Source: an uncultured Planctomycetota bacterium
GTDB taxonomy: Bacteria; Planctomycetota; Planctomycetia; Isosphaerales; Isosphaeraceae
NCBI GenBank assembly: GCA_963823665.1
Contig: CAWGMQ010000003.1
Coordinates: forward strand, 192,001 to 256,000
DNA length: 64,000 bases
Reading direction: 5' to 3'
The first letter of the stretch is position 1, and the number at the start of each line of letters is the position of its first letter. A program made the position numbers and the translations under genes. Below, piece after piece: positions 50,410 to 61,019 of this stretch. The notes beneath the pieces were generated by a model, which saw only the letters and a program-made list of their open reading frames with translations, did no database searches and had not been told where the DNA came from.

Positions 50410-51916
50410 GTGAATCGGTACGCCCGTGTCACGCGAGACTTCAACCAGTTGTTCCGCCTCGGCGCTGCCGGCGGAGCAACCGATTGCCAACTGATTGAGC
50501 AGTTCGCCCGGCAAGAGGAGGGCGCCGACGCGGCGTTCGAGGTGCTCGTCGAGCGGCACGGGCCGATGGTGTTGCGAGTCTGCCGTGGTGTGCTCCGCGA
50601 CGAGCATGACGCCGAGGACGCGTTCCAGACGACCTTCCTGGTGCTCGCCCGCAAAGCTCGAACCCTCTGGGTCAAAGACTCCTTGGCGAGCTGGCTTTAC
50701 GGTGTCGCATACCGAGTCGCCTCGAAGGCGCGAATTGATGTCATGCGACGAAGACAACACGAACGCAGGGCGACCGTGGCCAAAGGCCCGGACCTGGAAG
50801 CCGGCCCGATCGTCCCCTGGTCCGATGACCAGGCGATCGTCTCCGACGAGATCTCCCGGCTGCCGGAGAAGTACCGTGCGCCCACCGTCCTTTGTTACCT
50901 GGAAGCGATGTCATACGAAGCGGCGGCCAGCCGGCTCGGACTGACTGAGGACGCCGTGAGAGGCCGATTGGCTCGCGCCCGGCAGAGGCTGCGATCGCGG
51001 CTGAGAGGCCGGGGCGTCGAGCTATCGGCGATGCTTCTGGCCTCTCGAGGAGCGATTCCTGTAACAACGTATGTGCGGCCCGGATTGTTGCATTCGACGA
51101 TCGAGGCCGCGATGAACTTCTCGGCGCGAAGGTCGGTGGAAACGCTCTTGAGCTACGAGGCGGCTGTTTCAATCGGCGAAAGGATCGGCACGACCATGAT
51201 ACGAACCAAGCTGAGAACCGCTCTGCTCGCAACCCTGACCCTCGGCGCGATCGCCGCCGGCGCGGGCGTTCTGGCCCAACCGACAGGTGGCCGGCGAGAT
51301 CAGCCGGAGCAACCCGTCGGCACACGGAATCCCGCCGCGCGGCTCACCGGCTCGACGGGCGGTAACCTGAGCGTGGACTGGACGCCCTGGGGCGGCAAAT
51401 CGCAAGAGGATCGAGATCACGGTCGATGCGACTCGTCATTGCGTTCATCTTTCAGAGACGAGCTTGAAGAGCGATGCCCGCCCCAACGACGGAGCTGTCC
51501 GTCTCGATCTCGCACGGGGAAGGACTTATACCGTTGCCGCAACCGGTGAAGCGTTCATGACCGACGCCACCGGCCCGGATGCCGACCCGTATCCAGGGGT
51601 CGTGCTCATCTACGGTGTCGACGCAGAGGATGGTTATGCCATCCGCCAGACCGTCCTGGCCGCAGGAAAGTCGATCACGTTCAAGACCCCGTGGGCCATC
51701 AGCCCCGCCGACGAAGTGTCCCTGCTGGCCTTCTTCCTGGATGTCTGGCCCGACGGGATCAAACGCGGCAGCTACAAGCTCACCGTCACCGAAATCGCGC
51801 AGAACGCCACGAAATTCCTCAGAGAGGGAGTGGATTTGACTGATCCCTCGGCGGCCGGTGGTCCAATGCGCGAAGGCCGTTCACTGGGGCCGGGGGCCGG
51901 AGGTGGAATGCGATGA
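50410..51916 (+). CDS. ECF sigma factor with TM and extracytoplasmic C-terminal extension (indel near 51395)
   Basis: DCQLIEQF...AAFEVLVERHGPMV, DAEDAFQ.TFLVL, LPEKYR, RLARAR.RLR. Confidence 0.85.
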
Positions 51917-51966
51917 CCCGCGAGCAAAACGCCGAGATGAACCACGTGCTATTCCTGCCCCACGCC

Positions 51967-53211
51967 TCAACTCTCGCATGAAGGCGGCCCCTGGATGACG
52001 GGCTCGGCCGCGGCGAGAATCTCCAATCGATTTCCCGACAAAGGCGGATAGATGCGCTGGCGGTTGATCGTCTGCTTCGTCCGCTTGGCGACCTCACCTG
52101 TTGCGACGACACGCCGGTCCCAGCCCTCCGTGTAAACGGCCCCCCACGGGCCCAGGTCGAGTACGGTCACGTACCAGTCGATGCGCAGCGGCAGCATCGG
52201 CAGGCCAAAAAGATCGGCGACGACGTTATGCCCGGCGAATCGGCCCATCGGCCGCGCGTGTTGACACGACATGACCGACGCATGCTGGTCGTCCATCGTT
52301 GCCGACGCGACATCCCCTGCGGCGAAAACGTTGGTGATTCCCTTCGCCCGCATGAATTCATCGACGGGAATTCGCCCGAAACGGTCGTACTCCGAAGCGA
52401 AGAACCGCGTGAGCGGGTTTGCCCGCATGCCCGCGCACCAGACCACGGTTTCGGCCGGAATCGCCTCGCCGGTCGCGAGTGTCACGCCATGCGGGCTCAC
52501 CGCGACAACCTCGATCCCCAATCGCAGCTCGACGCCGAGTGACTTCAAAGCCTCTAGAATGACCGGCCGGGCGCTTTCTCCCATATCCGAGCCGACTTGA
52601 GGCTGATGGTCGGCGAGTATGACGCGGATCGGGCCGGCCTGACCGGCCAGTTGAAGGGCAGTCCGCAGCTTCCCGGACATTTCCGCGGCGGTCTCGATGC
52701 CGGTCAAGCCCGCACCGACCACGATCACCGTCAGCCGCCCAGGCGAGTCTTGCCGGCCGGGCAACGACCGAATGTGTGCGTTGAGCCGCTCCGCGGCGTT
52801 GTAGGTATCCACGTCAAAGGCGTATTCCGCGAGGCCGTCAACCTTCGGCCGTGCGACCTGACTCCCGAGCGCGAAGACCAGCCGATCGTAGCGAAGCGTT
52901 TGCCGCCCCGTCGCCGTCGTCACACTCAACTCCCGCGCAGCCACGTCAATCTCCGCGACTTCGCCTTCCACCCGACTGACGCGAATCGGACCCAGAACGC
53001 TGTCGAGCGGCACGCGAACCGAATCCAGGTCTGCCTCATAATTCCGAACGCGGATGCAGTGGAATGCATCTCGATTCACGACCGTCACCTCGACCGCGTC
53101 AGGCCCAACCCCCAGCTCATCAAGCTTGCGCGCCGCTCCGACGGCACTCCACAATCCGGAAAACCCGCCACCGAGGACGATGATTTGCTTGGCACCCATG
53201 ATTCGTTGCAT
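51967..53211 (-). CDS. Type II NADH dehydrogenase-like FAD oxidoreductase
   Basis: GGGFSG, YDRLVFALGS, GAGLTGIE.AAE, VFAAGD. Confidence 0.88.
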   Translation of the reverse strand: MQRIMGAKQIIVLGGGFSGLWSAVGAARKLDELGVGPDAVEVTVVNRDAFHCIRVRNYEADLDSVRVPLDSVLGPIRVSRVEGEVAEIDVAARELSVTTATGRQTLRYDRLVFALGSQVARPKVDGLAEYAFDVDTYNAAERLNAHIRSLPGRQDSPGRLTVIVVGAGLTGIETAAEMSGKLRTALQLAGQAGPIRVILADHQPQVGSDMGESARPVILEALKSLGVELRLGIEVVAVSPHGVTLATGEAIPAETVVWCAGMRANPLTRFFASEYDRFGRIPVDEFMRAKGITNVFAAGDVASATMDDQHASVMSCQHARPMGRFAGHNVVADLFGLPMLPLRIDWYVTVLDLGPWGAVYTEGWDRRVVATGEVAKRTKQTINRQRIYPPLSGNRLEILAAAEPVIQGPPSCES

Positions 53212-53241
53212 TCCGGAAACGCGACCTCCAAACTGACAATC

Positions 53242-53360
53242 ATGGACTCCGAGATTATCAGCGATGTCACCGTTATTGAAACGATTGCGATTGAAAAAGC
53301 TATCCGCGAGCTCGCGCGGCTCCGGAAAAACTGCCCGGCCGGTGGCCGAAACTGAAAGGT
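53242..53360 (+). pseudogene. Remnant of a small conserved TA-associated gene
   Basis: MDSEIISDVTVIETIAIEKAIRELARLRK, then frameshifted GRWPKLKG. Confidence 0.45.
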
Positions 53361-53474
53361 GTTGGAACAATAAGGCTGTCGAACGGTAGCATAAGGCGCG
53401 CGGAATTGCACTGGTACGAAGCGCATGGAATCGGGCACTCTGATCGGATCGTATCTTAACCCATCCCGCGAGAC

Positions 53475-54329
53475 ATGAATCAATCCGGATCTCCAGTTCG
53501 TAACATCTCAGATACGGCGCTCTGGGCCGCATTCTACCGGGCGCTGGAGGCCGAGCGGCCGGATGCCGTGTTCCGCGATCGGCTGGCGCGGCGCCTGGCC
53601 GGCGAGCGCGGCGAAGCGATCGCCGCGACGATGCCGTTCTTCGAGTCGCACGCCTGGACGTGGGTCACGCGCACGTACCTGTTCGACCAGTTCATCACCG
53701 AAGGAGTCGCTCAGGGAGTCGACCTGGTGCTCAATCTCGCGGCCGGTCTCGACGCGCGGCCCTATCGGATGGAGTTGCCGCCATCGCTTCGCTGGGTCGA
53801 GGTGGACCTCCCGGAGCTGTTAGATTACAAGGAGGAGGTTCTCGCAGGCGAAAAACCGGTCTGCAATCTGGAGCGCATCCGGTTGGACCTTGCAAATGTC
53901 AGCGCCCGTCGCGAGCTTTTTGACCGGCTGGGCCAGGAAGCCCACAAGGCGCTCATCATCACCGAGGGGCTGATCGTCTACTTCACACGCGAGGAAGTCG
54001 CATCGCTTGCCCAGGACCTCGCCCGCCCTCCGGGCTTTCAGCGATGGACGACCGACGTCGGATCTCCGGGCCTCGTTGAGATGTTGCAAAAAAACCTCGG
54101 CAAGTCGCTGGGACAAGGAGGCGCCACGCTCAAATTCGGCCCGGAAGAAGGGCCGGACTTCTTCGCGCAGTTCGGCTGGAAACCCGTCGACGTGCGCTCC
54201 ATGCTCAAAACGGCGGCCCGATTGAAGCGACTGAGCACCTTCATGCGATTGATCGCACTGTTGCCCGAATCAAAAGGCCGGCAAAGCAAACGCCCGTGGG
54301 CCGGAATCTGTCTTCTCGTGAAGCAGTAG
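53475..54329 (+). CDS. SAM-dependent methyltransferase (LCM family)
   Basis: DTALWAA.YRALE, NLAAGLDARPYR, EVDLP, ITEGL.VY. Confidence 0.9.
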   Translation: MNQSGSPVRNISDTALWAAFYRALEAERPDAVFRDRLARRLAGERGEAIAATMPFFESHAWTWVTRTYLFDQFITEGVAQGVDLVLNLAAGLDARPYRMELPPSLRWVEVDLPELLDYKEEVLAGEKPVCNLERIRLDLANVSARRELFDRLGQEAHKALIITEGLIVYFTREEVASLAQDLARPPGFQRWTTDVGSPGLVEMLQKNLGKSLGQGGATLKFGPEEGPDFFAQFGWKPVDVRSMLKTAARLKRLSTFMRLIALLPESKGRQSKRPWAGICLLVKQ

Positions 54330-54341
54330 CGGTCTCGACAT

Positions 54342-55940
54342 TCAAGACGGATTCGCATACGCGGCAACAATCACCCGCGCTGTGCGCAGCCCGTCGACCG
54401 CCGCGCTGATGATTCCACCGGCATAGCCGGCCCCTTCGCCGCAGGGATAGAGCCCGGTGATTCCGGGGCTCTGCCGGCTTTCGGGCTCGCGGATGATGCG
54501 CACCGGCGAGCTGCCGCGCGATTCTGGACCGGTGAGCGTCGCGTCGCGGAGGAACCGGCCGCCAAACCGGCGATCCAGCTTGGGAAGCCCCTTCACAAGC
54601 GAGTCGATCACCAGTTCGGGCAGGAAGAGACCCAGGTCGATCCCCTGTCCTCCGCGTCGATAGCTCGTGGGGATATTGCCGCGACTCTTCCGCCCGGCCA
54701 GAAAATCCCGGGCCCATTGCAAGGGCGCTTCATACGATCTGCCGGTCGCCAGATAGGCGAGCCGCTCGACCCGCTGTTGATAATGCACTCCCGCGAGGGG
54801 ATGGCTGCCGCCGGTCTCACCTGGCTCGATGGTGATGACCAGCCCGCTGTTGGCATACGGCGAATCGTGGCGGCTCTCGCTCATGCCGTTGGTGCAGAAA
54901 TACCCGGGGTCGCTCACGCTGGGCATCACGTAGCCCCCGGCGCACATGCAGAACGTGAACAGGTCGCGGCTGCCGGCCGGCACCGAGGCGCTGTACTCGG
55001 CCGCGCCGAGGGCAGGGTGTCCCGCGCTCGCGCCATAGCGCACGCGGTCGATCGGTGCCTGCGGCTGCTCGATCCGCACGCCGAGCTGAAACGGCTTTTG
55101 CTCCATCGGCACGCCCCGGCGCAAGAGCACGCCGTACGTGTCGCGGGCACTGTGGCCGATCGCGAGGATCGCCACGTCCGCCGGGATATAACCCGACGAC
55201 GTGCCCAGCCCCCGCAGGCGGCCTTCGGCGATGTCGAAATCCTCAACGCGGCACGAAAAACGGATCTCTCCCCCGAGGGATTCAAACTTGCGGCGCAGTG
55301 TCCGCACGACGAGCGGCAGCCGGTTCGAGCCCAGGTGCGGGCGGTGCTCATAGACGATCGAGGGCCCGCCATGACACTCGGCGAGAATCTCGAGCACGTG
55401 CGTGACATCAGGGCCCGCGCTCCGGGATGTGAGCTTGCCGTCGCTGAACGTCCCGGCGCCCCCTTCGCCGAAGAGGTAGTTGCTCTCGGGATCGAGCGCC
55501 CCGTGCTGATCGAATCGGCGCACGTCGGCAACGCGTTCCTTGACGGCGCGGCCGCGCTCGAGGATCAAAGGCCGGTAACCGTTCAGTGCCAGCATGTAGC
55601 CGGCAAGAGGCCGGCAGGTCCGGCGCCGATGATCACGGGCCGGTGCCCCAAGGCCTGAGCCCCGGGCTCGGGCCAGTCAAAGCGATCCGGGATGTACAGC
55701 TCAGCGGCCGCGTGAACCGGGCTCATCTGCACGCGAGCGATGTCACTTTCGGCGAGATCGACGGCTGCCGAGTAGGCAAAATGAACGTCGTCGTGGCCGC
55801 GGGCGTCAAGGCTCTTGCGGATGATCCGCCAGCCGAGGATCGAATCGGGCGCAGACCGACAGCCTGCCCGCGATTTTCTCGGGCAAGCTCTCTTCCGGCT
55901 CTCCCAGCTCCAGGCGGATATTCGTCACTTTGATCGACAT
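54342..55940 (-). CDS. NAD(P)/FAD-dependent oxidoreductase (5' part broken by indels)
   Basis: GEGGAGTFSDGKL, FCMCAGG, GEGAGYAGGI.SAAVDG; start MSIKVTNIRL at 55940. Confidence 0.88.
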
Positions 55941-56002
55941 GGCAGCTGTACGTGGCACAAACGCTTGCGGACGCGCGATTGGCGTGTGTATGGCAAAAAG
56001 AA

Positions 56003-56053
56003 CGTCAGGCTGAAGCCTGACCTACTCAATCGTCAGGCTGAAGCCTGACCTAC
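56003..56053 (-). repeat. GTAG-type REP doublet
   Basis: GTAGGTCAGGCTTCAGCCTGACG twice; each copy is a hairpin preceded by GTAG. Confidence 0.8.
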
Positions 56054-56059
56054 TTGATC

Positions 56060-57770
56060 TCATCGGGCCACCGGGCCGAAGCAAATCAGCGTGATGTCGT
56101 CAACCTGGTTGTGCCCGGCCGAGAACTCGCGGATATCTTGCAGGATCGCCCGGCCGATGGTTTCCGGACCTCCGGAAGTGTCTGCGAATTTGCGCAGCAG
56201 GCGCCGTTTGTCGCGGGATTCATAGATTTCTTCGCGGATATTGCGGGCGTCGGTGACTCCGTCGGAGAAGACGGCAACGACGTCGCCGGGCTCGAGCGCG
56301 ACCTCGGTTTGCCGGTACTCGCCCGTCGGGCACGATCCCCAGAGGAAAACCTGCGATTTCCTCGCCGACCTCGTCGATGGTCCCGTTGCTGCGTCGGATG
56401 AGGAGTGGGAGATGCCCCGCCGACGTGATCGAAAGCGTGCGCCGCTGCGGGTCCAGGATCGACAGGCTGAGCGTGATGAACTTCTCTTCGATGCCGGCCG
56501 CGAACAGCAGCGAGTTCAGCTCATTCGCCGCCTCGGACGGAGAATTCTCGGTGAGGATGCAGTACCGCGTATCGCCCGAGAATTTGGCCATCATGAGCGC
56601 GGCCGAGACGCCTTTTCCGGAGACGTCGCCCACGGCGATCGCCAGCTTGCCGCCGGGCAGAGGCACGAAGTCGTAGTAGTCGCCGCCGACCTCGTAGGCC
56701 GGGTCGTAGTGAGCGAAGAATTCGAATCCGGCGATGACCGGGACTGTCTGGGGCAAGAACCGCTTCTGCACCTGCTCGGCAAGCTTGAGATCTCGACTCA
56801 ATCGCTCGCGCTCGAGCAGCGACTCGTGCATCTGCGCGTTCTGGATCGAGATCGCGGCCTGGCCGGCGACCGCGGCCAGCACGTCCAGGTCTTCCTGGCC
56901 GAATTGCTTGCGATCGCTGGTATCGAGCTGGATGATGCCGAGCGCCTCCTTGTCCGGTGTCACGAGTGGAACGCACATGACCGAACGGATCTTGAGATCG
57001 GCGATCGAGGCGCTGGTCGGCAGGTTCTTGTCGGCGCCGGCATCCTGGCTCAGAATCGCTTTCTTCTGAAGCAGAACGTGGTTCACGATCGACCGGCTGA
57101 TGCTCATCGGCACTTCGTCGGCCGGAACGCTCGAGGCAAAAAGCGACTTCTTGGTCGGACGGTGCTTGAACGCCTTGCGAATCAGCCGCTTGGTCACCGG
57201 GTCGACCAGGATCAGGAACAGCCGCTCGGCTTGCGGAAAAAGCTCCATGAGCGAATCGAGGATCCGGGGCGCGACGGCGTCGATCTTCAGCTCGCTGCAA
57301 AGGTTCCGGCTGATCTCGAGAATCGCCTTGAGCTTCACCTCGGGCTTGATCATGCTCGCCATGGCGCTCGAGCGCGAGGCGTCGAGAACGTGAAGCTGGG
57401 GTGCTTCATGGTTCTCGGCCTCGTTCACGATCATGATCTCGCCGCCATCCTTCGAGGCGCCATCGGCGGGAAGCTGCGGGTAAAACAAGAATTCGACATC
57501 GCAAATGTTGATCCGGTCCCCGGTCAACAGGCGGTGATCGATCCCCGGAATCACCTTGGCGTTGTTCACCCGCGTGGTGTTACGGGAATTCAAGTCGGCG
57601 AGATAAAAGTCCTCTCCGCTGCGATAGATCTCGGCATGGCGGCGGCTGACACCGTTGGGCTCGAGGACGATGTGGCAATGCTCTGGCGACCGGCCAATCG
57701 TGATGCGCTCCGGCTTGAGCTCGATGATCTGCCCGGCTGTATCGCCGTTGGCTCGTTTCAAGAATGCCAT
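56060..57770 (-). CDS. FHA-GAF-SpoIIE/PP2C phosphatase (indel near 56320)
   Basis: IGRS...VSRRHA...SRN (FHA); RSVMCVPL (GAF); GGDYYD, GDVSGKG, DDITL. Confidence 0.9.
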
Positions 57771-57799
57771 GCTCCGCGACTCCCAACCCGCTCGTGGAC

Positions 57800-59568
57800 T
57801 CAATTTCGCTTGGCTGCGGCCCGCGACAGCACGCGATTGGCCCTGGGAACCTCGATCCGGTAAAGCTGCCAGACCAGGTGCGCCTGCACCTGCTGCAAGT
57901 TCTCTCGCATGATCGAAGTCGACTCGGTACCCGCCCGGGTCGCAGCCGCCAGGGCGTCGGTGCAGATCTCGAGAGCGAACTCGACGAGCGCCGGATCGTA
58001 CATGTCGGACGCTTCGTCGCGCATGATGCCCTTGAACCCTTCGAGCACACCGTCCAGATCACTCTTTCTCAGATTCACCGCAATCCGCACGACGCTCACC
58101 AGCTCCTGTTCGTGTGTCTTGGCGGATTTCCATGCCGAAAGCTCGGATTCGAGCGCCTCGAGCGCCTCGATATTGCAGTCCCTGAACCAGATCCGCGCAA
58201 GCTGCGTATATGCCCTCGAGACCTGGTCGTGCGAGTGCGAGAAAAAACCGGGCACGGCCAGGAATGCCGGCACCCGCTCCTCTTGCGGCGCCTCGAAGAT
58301 CGCATAATGCAATTGCTCTGCGGCGCCCGCCTTGCGGTTCACCACGCTCCAGCTCGGGTCGACCCAGAGCACCGGAATCGAGACCGAAGCGTCGCGCGGA
58401 ACGGCCATGATGTCCGGACTGCGATACGTCCAGCCGCCGATCGCGCCCAGAACCACCCCGGCGGACATGATCGCCGCGATCAGCCCCCCGGAAAGCCTCG
58501 AGAGACTGGCAGACGCCGTCTGGCCCGCACTCGCCGCGCGCGAAAGAACCGTCTTCGCAACCGGCTGCGCTGCCACACCGACGGAACTGCTGGCTGCGGC
58601 TGGTCGCGACACAGACTGCGATTCTGCCGCCGCCGAGCCGGTATCCGCGATCGTCGGAGCAGCGTCGATATGAAGCACATCGCGTAACTTCGCCACCTCA
58701 GCCAGCATCTCACCAGCCGACTGGTACCGGTCCGCCGGTGATTTCGCGATCAGCTTGAGTACGAGATTGTCCAGCTCCGAAGGCAGATCAGGCCGATGCA
58801 CCAGCATGCTCCGGGGCGTTTCCCGCACCTGCTTGAGTGCCAGCGCAAGCGCCGTCTCCGCCCGGAACGGCGGAACTCCGGACAGCATGTGGTAGAATGT
58901 TACCCCCAGCGAATACAGATCGCTGCGATGATCCACAGCGTGCCCCTGCGCCTGCTCGGGGCTCATGTAAAGCGGCGTTCCCATCGTCACGCCCGACTGC
59001 GTCAGGTGCAGGGCCTGACCATCCTGATCGCGACAGAGGCCGAAATCCGCGACTTTCACCCGCCCCTTCCGCGTCAGCAAGATGTTCTCAGGCTTGACGT
59101 CCCGGTGAATGAGGCCGATCTCGCCGGCCGCACCGATCGCCTGACCCGTCTGCTTCATGATCGAATACGCAAGCGGCAGATCGAGCGCACCCTTCTTCAG
59201 AATGTAGTCCCGCAGGTTCGTCCCCTGCACATACTCCATGGCAATGAAATGGATATCATCGACGCAGCCCAATGTGTACACATGAACAATATTTGGATGG
59301 TTGAGCTTGGCGACGGCTGTCGCTTCGGTCTTGAGCCGGCCGAGGTATGTCGGGTTGGATGCGAAATCGGGCCTCAAAACCTTGAGGGCGACCAGGCGGT
59401 TCAGGCTCACCTGCGTGGCCAGGTAAACTTCGCCCATCCCACCGCGGCCCAGCAGCTTCTCGACGCGAAAATCCTCGAGCGTGACCCCGGTCAAATCGCG
59501 GGCGCGGCGTCGCCCGCCTCGCCGGGGATCAGGGAGTCCTGGGCTGTTCGTCGGTCAGTTGTGCTCAT
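57800..59568 (-). CDS. Membrane Ser/Thr kinase (indel near 59500)
   Basis: GRGGMG, VALK, HRDVKPEN, DFG, GTPLYMSPE; TM helix. Confidence 0.9.
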
Positions 59569-59921
59569 GCTAAGCTGGTGGACCACATCGAGAAGAGGCG
59601 CGACTCCGTCGCAAATCTGCGGTTTGATATACCACAATAGTTTACGGGAATGCCGAATTCCCGGCAAATGGCAAAGTGGCGACCCTCCCGGATGGCGGAT
59701 CGCGAGTCCGCAGCCGGCCATGCGCGAGCACGGCGCTCGAAAAGGCAGGCGGGGCCCGGCGCCCGAGTCGCGCATGGGCGCGAGACTGATCCTGCGTGCA
59801 CCGCGCTCACCATGGCAATCAGGAATCGCTGGCGCGAAACCGAAAAAGAAGACATTGTGCACCTGGCCGATCGGCGGGTATGGTGATGAATGGCGAAGAG
59901 TGCTTCTTCGGGGGTGGTGTG

Positions 59922-60734
59922 ATGCGGAACACGCGGCGATGGCGGGAACGATTCCCTCTGCTTCTGTTGGGGTCCGCGTTTATTTTCATGGTCGGAAAGC
60001 CAACGCTTTCCCAGGGTCCGCGGGCCGCTTTTGACCAGGTCGTCGGCAACCCGCGCGGGCTTCCCCAGCTTCCACCCCAGGGTGCTTGGGGCGAAGTCAT
60101 CAACGCGACGCCGAGATGGCTGGTCATCCAGAATCACTCGGGCCAGCAGTTCCCGGTCGCGCTTGAAGATATCGGCGAGTTCCTGGTTCGCTGGCCCGCC
60201 AGCGTCAGCGGGCTCGGCCCCGACAGCCTGGTCGAAGCCGTCGGCAACGACCTCGGGTCAAACGTCGTTGAAGTCAGTCACGTCGACGTATTCGAGGGCA
60301 CCGATCGAAGCCTCGTCGCTCCGACCTACAACAGCATGCTGGCAAATAACGCCGCAGTGACGACCATCGACCCGACCTTCAACCGATTCATGAACGCCTG
60401 GGACTACGCCGGACAGAGCATGCTCTACGGCTGGGCTTATCCCTTCCCGACCGGCTTGAACGGCGCCGCCTCCCGCCTCCATGTGGTGGGAAGTGTCATT
60501 GAACGCGCACCACTTCGTCTGGCCGTCCCAGGCAATAACTTCACGACCGTCATCCCGGGCGGCAATGTTCAATTCACCGTGAGCCAGGTGACCAAGGGCA
60601 GCATGAACTATGCCCGCAAGGGAGATTACGCGTTCCTCCTTCCACGCGCAATCAACACACGCGGCCTGTCGGTGGCACAGCTCGTCCTCTACAAGTCGAT
60701 TCCACTCCGCCAGTTCAATCCCGCCGGGCGGTAA
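59922..60734 (+). CDS. Hypothetical secreted protein
   Basis: Signal-like N-terminus; coding-like GC3. Confidence 0.65.
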   Translation: MRNTRRWRERFPLLLLGSAFIFMVGKPTLSQGPRAAFDQVVGNPRGLPQLPPQGAWGEVINATPRWLVIQNHSGQQFPVALEDIGEFLVRWPASVSGLGPDSLVEAVGNDLGSNVVEVSHVDVFEGTDRSLVAPTYNSMLANNAAVTTIDPTFNRFMNAWDYAGQSMLYGWAYPFPTGLNGAASRLHVVGSVIERAPLRLAVPGNNFTTVIPGGNVQFTVSQVTKGSMNYARKGDYAFLLPRAINTRGLSVAQLVLYKSIPLRQFNPAGR

Positions 60735-60764
60735 CGGATAAACTGCGTTCCGGGGGGTCGGGGC

Positions 60765-60995
60765 ATGGCGTCTGAGAATTTCGATCAGGTGCTGGAGGGC
60801 CTAAAGCAGTTGCAACCGTTCCGCGTGTTCACCGTCGAGCTGCACGGTGGCCGGCGCTTCGAGATCGACCACGCAGGAGCGCTCGTCGTCGGCGACGGGG
60901 TTGCGGTCTTCCTCGCTCCCGGGGGTATACCGATTTGGTTCGATCATGAGAGCGTGACCCATATCATCGGGGCCGGTGCGAACACACCTCTTTGA
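60765..60995 (+). CDS. Small conserved hypothetical protein
   Basis: QPFRVF.VEL..GRRFEIDH pattern. Confidence 0.6.
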   Translation: MASENFDQVLEGLKQLQPFRVFTVELHGGRRFEIDHAGALVVGDGVAVFLAPGGIPIWFDHESVTHIIGAGANTPL

Positions 60996-61019
60996 CGGAA
61001 AAGGTGTCTGACTGTTTCG

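Noticed and set aside
56241..57863. Long plus-strand ORF (also 23007-24338, 58796-60034, 3227-4294)
   Set aside because: Antisense shadows of well-supported genes in high-GC DNA
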